This document shows, piece after piece, positions 49,646 through 60,075 of a stretch of DNA of 64,000 bases. Origin of the DNA: Ascidiella aspersa (lineage: Eukaryota); contig OZ004608.1 in assembly GCA_963924565.1 (NCBI GenBank), positions 10,416,001 to 10,480,000 of the forward strand, read 5' to 3'. Each line of letters opens with the position of its first letter. Positions within the stretch are counted from its first letter, which is position 1. The notes beneath the pieces are model-generated. The model had not been told where the DNA came from. It searched no databases and was given only the letters and a program-made list of their open reading frames with translations. The position numbers and the translations under genes are program-made.

Positions 49646-50671
49646 AATTACATTTGCCAGAAGAGCTCTACAAACCTGATAAGCTGTTTGGTAATCCATC
49701 TAAAATTGGATGGATTTTATTCATAGTTATGACTAGGACAATTATTTTTTGACCTAAAAAATAAGAAATTTTGACCTAAAAATATATTTTTTTGACAAAA
49801 TTTTGACCTATTAAAAATACATTAATTTAAATAAATTTTTGTTCTTCGAAGTAGCCTATTGCATTAGTGTTAAGGAATTGTCAACCACACGTTTTTGATA
49901 TTTTACTGACTACCGGTCGAACACAAACCATTTTTTTCGGGTTTATGCAAAACAAGACGCTGAATATTTTAGAAATATCTTGTGTAAAACTGTTGAAATA
50001 TTCGATATAAAAATTTGCAGAAAATTAACAAAGACTTGGGATATTATCGAAATAGAAAATGGGATAATTGCAATTCACAAGCGAAGACAGCAAATACTGG
50101 TCAATTAACTTGTCCAAATCAGAGATAAACAACAACTATATAAAGCAAAAAAGAAATTCGAGCTAAAGCTAATGCATCAACTAGGCCTTGGTGGTTAATT
50201 ATGCCGGTTCGCGTATATCGTATATTGCTCTAATGAAGATCTAACTATACAGCTAAATGTCGCCGAGTATAATTCAAAACTAAATTTGTTGAATAAAATT
50301 TTAACTGAACGACAATTTTAAAAATCTGACTACAGTTTGTTTAATTTTGTAAACAATTGATTTGCATTTTTATTCAATTTTGACGGTCAAAAAATAATCG
50401 CCCTAGTTATGACATAACGTGACGTCACATAGTTACTTTGTACCGTAACATCATAAGGCTACGACAAAATAGGACCTTACAAAGTTACATATAAACGTGA
50501 CGTCATACAAAACTATCCTGCTGGCAGATGTTACTTTCAATGTAAAGAGTATGACGATAATCAATTCGCGTAAAACGCGTTTATATCGTTTAAGTTGCCC
50601 AAAACATTAGTTTTTGATTTTTATCTTTCGACGCTTTTGGGCTAAAACAGTTTTATCAAAATGGTCTAAGG

Positions 50672-51752
50672 CAGGGGTTCCCGACCTTTTTGGCTCCTCG
50701 TACCCCTTTGTCCGGTTGGAGCGTTCTTCGTATCCCCCAAAATCTGATCGAATTTGTGAGATATATATTGCTAAATTATATTGCTGTTATAGCTCAATTG
50801 AAAGGTAATCCGGTATTTTACTAAAAACTGCAAAAATCGGAAAGAAATTAAATCTCAGTTATTTGTTTGTCACTTTTCAGTGAGATATTTGTTGCTGCTT
50901 CATTGATGAAACTCGCTCAAACGATGGTTCGATTATACTCAAGACAACACGCAAAACATCTGCAATTAAACAAACGCGTTGTTATAAGAATACAAGACAA
51001 TGATGTTTTTTACTAATAACAACAATTGCTCGTAGTAATTTTTTTTTTTTCAAAGCAAAGATTGTAATGGCATAACATCATTTACAACTCCAAGAAAACT
51101 TTACTGAAATCTGCTTAAAAAGCTGCTCTGTGGCCCAAGGATCTTCGTTCCCCATGATGTTCAATCTCGTACCCCCAAGGCTCCCAGTGTTGTAATGACT
51201 TAAGTCAATACCCAGTGTTGTAATGACTTAAGTCAATGACTTGACTTCAGTGCACTTAAGTCACTGTTTTAAAATGACTTGACTTGACTTAAGTCTTTTG
51301 GGAAAAAAAACTTGATTTGACTTAAGTCTCTTAAACAAATAACTTGACTTGGACTTGTCGTTTCGACGAATGACTAAAATCAAGTGTTTTCATTAAACAA
51401 TTAATGATAAAATTTTGTAATTTATCTTAATTTTTGCACGTTAAACAATTTTCTTGATATATGTTGCGCTTACGTAATTTTTTGTTAACTTATTACTCAT
51501 AATCGAACGAGATAACCAGTTTTAACAGTTAAAACTTTTATTTTTATGACAAGGACTTGACTTGCTTACTTGCTCTAATAATGACTTGACTGGGACTTGA
51601 CTTGATAACCGATGACTTGGACTGGGACTTGACTTGTTATTTTTTTAAAGACTCGACTTGGACTTAAGTTATTTTACGAATGACTTGGCCGGGAGGACTT
51701 TTTAAAATGTCATGTTTACAACACCGTGATTACCCTCGGCTGGCAACCCCTT
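50672..51752. mobile_element. hAT-type MITE containing a nested GACTT MITE
   Basis: CAGGGGTTCCCGACC ... GGCTGGCAACCCCTT; perfect TSD GTCTAAGG at 50664-50671 and 51753-51760. Confidence 0.75.
51185..51726. mobile_element. CAGTGTTG-TIR / GACTT-repeat MITE (nested, with duplicated left end)
   Basis: CAGTGTTGTAATGACTTAAGTCAAT occurs twice (51185, 51213); ends TACAACACCG; reverse orientation of 57258-57755. Confidence 0.8.
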
Positions 51753-54742
51753 GTCTAAGGCATTCCAGCAACATAATCAGACTATTTCAAAAAAAAAATT
51801 GCAATTACTTCAAATAGGTCACCAATATAGTTTGGGTATTTTACGCAATTTGGCGCCCCTCCTTCATGTTTAATTACATTTTTCTATTACAACATAATAT
51901 ACTTTTTTAAACGAAAAAATAATTCAAATTTTAATAGAAAATTGTATTTAAGGAAGTGACTGGTGTGTTACCCTTGTTGGGTAAATTTTTTAAGACATAA
52001 TATGCCCCCGTACTTTGGCGCCTGGTGACATATGTACCCGCCGCCAGAAACCGCAGAAAGAGTGATTTCTATATCTAATAAAAAAAACTGTTTGGTAATT
52101 TACCTAGAATTTTGACCAGATCGCTTATTTACAACTTAAATATTAAAACTTTATTTAAACAAAACAAAGCTGAATTAAATGAAGTAATGCTCAATTTTCG
52201 GAGCATAATGGTTGGAGGTTGTAGTAAAACGTAATAAGAATATGAAGTCATTTTAAACGTTTCGAATAATTCTTTGTTTATTTTCAACAAAGCTCCATTT
52301 TTTGGGAAATTGTTAAAATGGAAAAAAATTATAACAAGGACCAAGTTTAAGGAAAGATAGTGAGTCACCTTCGTATAGTTGTTGTTCTTAAATCATTACA
52401 CCGTTTGACATTATTTGCAACCAATTGCTCAAATGAAAGCAACTCTGAGCATTTTAAGACTTTTTTATCCTTACAAGTTCTATCTTAGCCTTTAAATGCA
52501 AATATTACTTAGCCGTCTACTTAGCTATATTGAACTTTCAATTTATGCGTTTATAGAGCGATAGTATACAGAGATACTGATTTAAACGGAAAATAACGCA
52601 CCATATTCTCTCTCTAATCGGCTACCCACATATATAAGCTCAAACAGTACATTTTATTGCAATATTTACAGGCTAACAGAAGATTAAAATAAAATTGTAG
52701 CTGTACCTGTTTTACAAAGTATAGTTACGGATTCGATAAAATTTACGAACGGTCCCTTATGTGGGTTTGACACCCTCTAAATCAAGAACATACTTACGAA
52801 CAATGCCCCAGGGTATAACGATTAACAATAATAATAATAGTAAACATTACTAAGTAAGATCAACTACAAATTGTATGAATGAATTTTGCAACTTATATTA
52901 TAAGCAAACAAATGTCGGAATGGGCACCTGATTGTTTCGCAAACTGAGGTAGCCATAATATCATACAGGTGACCAGGTATGTTGAAACAGTTTGTTCTTA
53001 AAACAAAATGCCCAAAAATATTGACGAACGAAATTATTCAAGCCCTATATTTCACATCAGGCAAGATTAAGACATGCGTGAGATTGCACAACAACGTGAA
53101 GCACTTAACGTGGCTCTGTTTTTTGTAATTCGTTAGTTCAAGGAAATGTTTAGCAGGCCAAAGCTTGTATATATGTGCCGTGTTTTCACTCCACGTTCGA
53201 GTCCTACTTTATCCAACAAATTAGTTGTGTAACATACTAACATTGACGGGTGGAATTGTCAAATCCCTAAAATTCCCAGACAAGATTGGGCATGTCCGAA
53301 ATTATCGTGTCAGGAATGCGCCATAACTGGCAGGTCAACTGGATGTATTACTGGATGTACGGTTGTTCGATACTTGACATTTTAATCTACATATACCTCA
53401 TTTACAAAAAGCATCGCAATCCGATTTATTACGTATGACGTCATTAATATGTCCAAACGAGCAAAATAGATGAACTTAAAACCTTCAAACGTTTTTTATC
53501 CTGATATTGGGCTAAATTTCGCTTTAGCTTTGAAAAGTTTAGTTACTTCCAGTTGTATTTTACGATAAACCTTTCCGGGCATAATCTCTGCGTTATTCAC
53601 AAATCACCGCTGAACGTACTATAATAGTTTAGATTTGGATAGGCACCGATACCTTTCTATTATCGGACGTGTACCGATACTACCACTTGCTACCGGGTAA
53701 AGGCCCGATCCGACATTATCGGACATTGCTAGTGGTTATCAAGGATTTCAATTATAGCCAATGCCATATGCGAATTTCTGTCGGCGAAATATAAGATGAT
53801 AACGAATCATTTTTCTCAAAACCCAAATTTTTCGATTGGAACAAATAAGCCAAGTTGGTTCATTATCCTAAACAAAGAAATAATGTTATTTCGACTCCAA
53901 AACTCACGGGGACGTATCAGTCAAGTATAACCTGCATTTTTCAATGTACTGTATTAAAGTCATGTAACTTAATAGTGGTTTGTATAATAAGCTTTTAAAT
54001 AGCAACAAAGCTACATATTTGTCAAATAAAATTTATTTTGAACGAACAGGATATTATTTCAAAACACAATCATCTCGTCGCAACACATTCATCATCGCTT
54101 ATTTTTAAAGCGCAACAGCATATTGATTTGAGTTAGACATTTATGATTTAAGCCAGCGTTTCTTAACCAGTGTGTCAGTTGCCATAGGTTCGCCGTAGCA
54201 AATCAATCTATTTTTTAGTACAGTTTTACAATTTTTGTGTTATATGTCGGCTTATCTTATTTAGCATAGCGTGCTTCAAAAATAATAAGTTAACTATGAA
54301 TTCTGTGCAGTGAAAACTTTTATAAATTCAAGATATAAAACGGTCTACCAAAAAATGTTTTGGTTTCATATTGAAACGGTAACGTTAGATTGTTGTTTGT
54401 TTGACTCTTTCTAATATTCTCAGTGCACGCAAACATTTTTTCAAGGTTTATTTTCCATACCGTGTTGCATTGGAGACCAGTAAAATATATGCCGACGCGG
54501 CCCATAGTTTTTCGCAGTGGCCATGATTTGACCTGAATTTACTGTAAGAATTTCGCAAGGCCACGTCCTTTTTAGAGTAATGTGAAGCAAATATTTAATA
54601 TAAGACAAAAGAAAAGCGAACCCAATTACAGTCTGACCTGAGTTTTTTTTACGTGTTGCCATTCGAAGTTATAAAAACACCCGTGATATTTAGCAGGTTA
54701 TCAAATTTCGATATAAAAGGCAATCAAAGCAACCCAACAACC

Positions 54743-55609
54743 ATGGATATGGATATCAGCCATGAGGCTTTCGCGTTGTACAATGACATGCGAGCGAACA
54801 GCCCGTACGCCTATGCAACATTCAAACCAGATAACGGAAAAACACTCGTAATTGACCAGGAAGTGACCAAGGCCGAAACAGACAACCCATGGGATCACTT
54901 GTTGGCATCATTGAAAGATAAAGAACCGAGGTAACTTTGGTCGATAAATCTCAAGCTGTGTTTATCTGAAGGAAATGGTGATTGAAGGGATTGAAGATTT
55001 GTCGTGTTATAGGATGCGCCACTTACTTCTTACTGCATCGCATTTGCTATAGAGGGATTTGCAGTTGTTACTAAATTCTAAGTGTATAACCTAAAGCATG
55101 GAATAACGGTTTTAAAATAAAATAGTCAACTTGATAAAAAAACACTTTGACGTCTTCCCCCTAAACGATTTTAGACTTAATTTGAGTTTCACATTTGTTA
55201 GGCTAAAATATCAAGTTTTTTGAATATACATTGTACATATTTTAAAGACGTCAATTTATAGCGTTATCTTTATTTGGGCAATGTTTGGAGAAACAAACAA
55301 AATTATTTTTATAGGTTCATTCTGTTTGACGTCATTGCGAAAACCGAGAACGGGATATATTGCCAGAAACTGATATTTATGTATTGGTGTACATCTTTAG
55401 CAGGAAATCGAAATACGATGTTATATAATTCTGCCAAGAGTAGAGTAAAGGCTTCGTTCTCAGGGGTTGCCGCCGATCTACATGTGATCACCAAACCTGA
55501 CCGGCTTATTGCTTTAGACGAGCTCCAAAAGTTTTTCGATTCGAATTTTGTTACTTTTTACAACAAACAAGTTAGAAGAAATGCTGATGGGAAATATGAA
55601 TATGCGTAG
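54743..55609 (+). CDS. ADF/cofilin-like protein 2, 160 aa, 2 exons
   Basis: Exons 54743-54930 and 55315-55609; same 188-nt first coding exon and phase-2 intron (EPR|F) as gene 1; ADF-H motifs YATFK, LVIDQE, WDHLLASL, EPRFILFD, KLIFMYW, MLYNSAK. Confidence 0.82.
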
Positions 55610-55946
55610 TAACTGCATGTATCACTAACATTTTATAATAAAATAAACCATCATCGTCGGAAAAAAATCCGTTTATTAGTGTATACGCTGTTTATTTTTA
55701 TTTAATAAAGTTTTATGTACAAAATTAGACGAATGACATTATATTTTATTAAATGGAGAGCGCTGAAATGGTGACGAAGCCGTTGTGTTGTGTATATATA
55801 TTGCTTTAATAAAAACTTATGTTATTATAACTAATATTGTGAGAAACAAACTACCAATTGTGCTATTTTTCATTCCGATTGTTGTAATGCGAGCAATAAG
55901 GTAGATCTGCTGTCATACTACAGCAAATATGTTATTGCCTGATGAC

Positions 55947-56176
55947 TTAGGCGTAGTACAGAGAAGCGTAAAGCGCACGGGCATAACGTTCCGCAGTGAT
56001 CGACTGTCCATGTCCAATTACATCCAGCACCGTTCCCATGTTTTCGTTGGGCTCTGACATCTTAGTTAGACGTCTCGATCTAGGACCGTGTCGCCATCGG
56101 GATGACAAAAAAATACGACTGTTCTTCGTTCAAGTGATCTCAGCTCGGGAGTGCTCGGATTTACGACGCGGTGAAC
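55947..56176 (-). pseudogene. Orphan duplicated terminal exon of 2OG-Fe(II) dioxygenase
   Basis: Acceptor TTTTAG then VHRVVNPSTPELRSLERRTVVFFCHPDGDTVLDRDV* (premature TAA, then frameshifts); paralog of 60076-60300; upstream exons absent. Confidence 0.8.
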
Positions 56177-56807
56177 CTAAAAACAGTTGAGACAGAGATT
56201 TACAACTGACCGTGTTAATTAGAGATTTGCGTGGTAAGAACCATAAATATTTTTAAAGATTAAAAGCCCGAAAAATATTGACGAACGACGTTATTCAAGC
56301 CTTATATTTCACATCAGGCAAGATTAAGACATGCGTGAGATTGCACAACAACGTGAAGCACTTAACGTGGCTCCGTTTTTTGTAATTCGTTAGTTTAAGG
56401 AAATGTTTACCAGGCCAAAGCCTGTCTATATGTGCCGTGTTTTTCACTCCACGTTCGAGTCCTACTTTATCCAACAAATTAGTTGTGTAACATACTAACA
56501 TTGACGGGTGGAATTGTCAAATCCCTAAAATTCCCAGGCAAGATTGGGCATGTCCGAGATTATCGTGTCAGGAATGCGCCATAACTGGCAGATCAACTGG
56601 ATGTATTACTGGATGTACTGTTGTTCGATCCTTGACATTTTAATCCGATACATATACCCCATTTACAAAAAGCATCGCGATCCGATTTATTACGTATGAC
56701 GTCATTAATATGTCCAAAGGAGCAAAATAAATGAACTTAAAACCTTCAAACGTTTTTTATCCTGATATTGGGCCAAATTTCACTTTAGCTTTGAAAAGTT
56801 TAGTTAC

Positions 56808-56900
56808 TTCTAGTTGTATTGTATGATAAATTTCTAGTTGTATTTTACGATAAATTTCTAGTTGTATTTTACGATAAATTTCTAGTTGTATTTTATATCA
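56808..56900. repeat. ~25-bp tandem repeat, 4 copies
   Basis: TTCTAGTTGTATTTTACGATAAAT repeated; single copy at the paralogous site ~53547. Confidence 0.85.
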
Positions 56901-57257
56901 AATTCACCTTTCCGGGTACAATCTCTGCGTTCAAAAATCACCGCGAAAAGTACTGCTATAGTTTTGGATAGGCACCGATGTCACTCTATTATCGGACGTG
57001 TACCGATACTACCACTTGCTACCGGGTAAAGGCCCGATTCAATATTATCGGACATTGCTAGTGGTTATTCAGGATTTCAATTATAGCCAATGCCATATGC
57101 GACTTTCTGTCGGCGAAATATAAGATGATAACGAATCATTTTTCTCAAAACCCAAATTTTCCAATTGGAACAATGAAGCCAAGTTGGTTCATTATCCTAA
57201 ATAAAGAAATGATGGTCAAACTCTATATCGACTCCAAAACTCACGGGGCCTTATCAG

Positions 57258-57755
57258 CAGTGTTGTGAACAAGTCATTTAAAAATGACTTAAGTCCCAGT
57301 CAAGTTATTTGTAAAATAACTTAAGTTCAAGTCAAGTCTTTGCAAATAAACAACAAGTCAAGTCCCAGTCCAAGTCATCAGTTGCGCAAGTCAAGTCCCA
57401 GTCAAGTCATAATTAGAGCAAGTCAACTTCAAGTCATGTCCTTGTCATAAAAATAAAGCGTTAAACTATTCGAATTTTTACACTCGCATGATTATGAACA
57501 ATAACTGAACTAAAAAATAAGGAAAACAGAACATGTAGCAATCAATTTGTTTTTGTGCAAAAATTTGGAAAAATAGCTCAATTTTATAAAAAAAATATTT
57601 GAAGAAATGCTTTATTTCAACCCAAGTCATTTGTTCAAAAGACTTAAGTCAAGTCAAGTCATTTGTCCAAAAGACTTAAGTCAAGTCAAGTCATTTAAAA
57701 ACAGTGACTTAAGTGCACTTAAGTCAAGTCATTGACTTAAGTCACTACAACACTG
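57258..57755. mobile_element. CAGTGTTG-TIR / AAGTC-repeat hAT-type MITE, recent insertion
   Basis: Perfect TSD CTTATCAG on both sides; absent at the paralogous site in copy A (~53905-53925). Confidence 0.92.
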
Positions 57756-58484
57756 CTTATCAGTCAAGTATAACCTCCACTTCAAAGTACTGTATTAAAT
57801 TCACGTAACTTAATAGTGGTTTGTAGCCTATAATAAGCTTTTTAATAGCAACAAAGCTACATGTTTGTTAAACGAAATTTACTTTCCCCTATATTGGTTA
57901 GATGGGTGGTGTTTTGTTACTAACCATCATTTTTGGTCATCTGTTAATATGACTGTTTATGTTTGAACGAACAGGAAATTACATTTCAAAACACTTTCAT
58001 CTCGTCGCAACATCATCATCGCTTATAAGCGCAACAGCATATTGATTTGAGTTAGACATTTATGATTTAAGCCAGCGTTTTTTAACCGGTGCGTCAGTTG
58101 CCATAGGTTCGACGTAGTAAATCAATCTATTTTTTAATACCGTTTTACAATTTTTGTGTCATATGTCGGCTTATCTTATTTAGCATAGCGTACTTCGAAA
58201 ATAATAAGTTAACTATGAGTTCTGTGCAGTGAAAACTTTTATAAATTCAAGATTTTTATAAATTCAAGATCGGCCTGAATTTACTGCAAGAATTTCGCAA
58301 GGCCACGTCCTTTTTAGAGTAATGTGAAACAAATATTTAACAAAAGACAAAAGAAAAGCGAACCTAATTACAGTCTGACCTGAGTTTTTCTTACGTGTTG
58401 CCATTCGAAGTTATACAAACACCCGTAATATTTGGCAGGTTATCAAATTTCGATATAAAAGGCAATTAAAGCAACCCAACAACC

Positions 58485-59754
58485 ATGGGTATTAATATCA
58501 GCCATGAAGCTTTCAAGTTGTACAATGAAATGCGAGCGAACAGCACGTACGCCTATGCAACATTCAAACTAGAAAACGGAATAACACTCGTAATTGACCA
58601 GGAAGTGACCAAGGCCGAAGCAGACAACCCATGGGATCACTTGTTGGCATCACTGGAAGATAAAGAGCCGAGGTAACTTTGGTCGATAAACCTCAAGCTG
58701 TGTCTATCTATAGATTTGTCGTGTTATAGGATGCGCCACTGACTTAATACTGCAGCGCATTTGCTATAGAGGGAATTGCAGTTGTTTTATCGGCTGATTA
58801 GTTCGACAGAAACTCGTTGGCTATGGAGTATAGGTTCACTGCAACTTGACAACACGTTTTTGTCGCTCATCAGCTGAAGTCCGTCCTACTTGGTCATTGG
58901 CACTCGGATCAAAGAATATGGTCGTGCTGACAAAATGCGACATTTTTTTATAATAAAACTGAATTAAACGGGAAAGGCGCAACTGATTTAAAATGATAAA
59001 CTTCACTTTTGCGATAGATTAAACCGGACAACTAGATCAGCCACTGTTTTTTATCGTTTACAAATACTTTAAACGAAAAGTTCTTAGGTTTTAGTTAATC
59101 CATAAGCTCGTCTGTGCGTCGGTCTTCATAAATCCATGCAAAATTGGCACAAGGTTTTTTTAAACTGTCGTGTCCCCTTGGTTGTACGTAGACTAGTTTT
59201 AGGGGGTCCGTAAATACCTATTTAAAATCTAGGTGTACAACCTAAAAAATAGAATAATTGTTTCAAAATAAAATAGTTTAATTGAAAATAAAACACTTTG
59301 ACGTCTTCTCATTAAATGATTTGAGACTTAATTTCAATTTCACATCTGTCAGGCTGAAAATTTTAGGTTTTTCAAATATACATGTTTTAAGGACGTCAAT
59401 ATATAGCCTCATCTTCATTTGTGCAATGCTTGGAGAAAAAAATTAACTTATTTTTGTAGGTTCATTCTGTTTGAAGTCATTGCGAAAACCCGGAACGGGA
59501 GATATTGCCAGAAACTGATACTTATGTATTGGTGTACATCTTCAGCAGGAGATCGAAATACGATGTTATATAATTCTGCCAAGAGTAGAGTAAAGGCTTC
59601 GTTCTCAGGGGTTGCCGCCGATCTAGATGTGATCACCAAACCTGACCGGCTTATTGCTTTAGACGAGCTCCAAAAGTTTTTCGATTCGGATTTTGTTACC
59701 TTTTACACCAAACAAGTTAAACGAAATGCTGATGGGAAATATGAATATACGTAG
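58485..59754 (+). CDS. ADF/cofilin-like protein 3, 160 aa, 2 exons
   Basis: Exons 58485-58672 and 59460-59754; intact ORF, tandem paralog of 54743-55609. Confidence 0.82.
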
Positions 59755-60075
59755 TAACGGCATGTATCACTAACATTTTATAATAAAACAAACCATCATC
59801 GTCGGAAAAAAATCCGTTTATTAGTGTATACGCTGTTTATTTTTATGTAATCAAGTTTTATGTACAAAATTAGACGAATGACATTATATTTTATTAAATG
59901 GAGAGCGCTGAAATGGTGACGAAGTCGTTGTTTTGTGTTAAATATATTGCTTTAATAAAAACATATGTTATTATAACTCATATTGAGGGAAACAAACTAC
60001 CAATTGTTTCAAAAAGTTATTTTTCATTCGGAGATCTGCTGTCATACTACAGCAAATATGTTAATGCCGGGTGAC

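Larger units (their letters stand above)
48999..49681. mobile_element. 5'-truncated Penelope-like retroelement in inverted (palindromic) configuration
   Basis: Arms 48999-49317 and 49353-49681 are near-perfect reverse complements. The loop plus right arm reads IDFNAASVLARESDYRKRLFLESWIIHQRGNTMNIKTDVMLSACYRHLLKD*, resembling the C-terminus of PLE GIY-YIG endonucleases. Hammerhead motif in the 3' part; direct repeat ATAAGCTGTTTG at 48959 and 49679 may be the TSD. Confidence 0.8.

Noticed and set aside
48951-49726. Twin ORFs 48951-49169 (-) and 49526-49726 (+) as duplicated small genes
   Set aside because: Mirror translations of the Penelope-like 3' region that contains the hammerhead motif.
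56295-56501. Minus-strand ORF (..RLWPGKHF..CFTLLCNL..) duplicated near 53040-53240 as another dioxygenase exon
   Set aside because: Similarity is too vague and splice sites are unclear; needs a profile search.
47590-58440. Acceptors 36-47 nt upstream of each cofilin-like ATG as trans-splice sites
   Set aside because: Cannot be distinguished from ordinary 5'UTR introns without transcript data.
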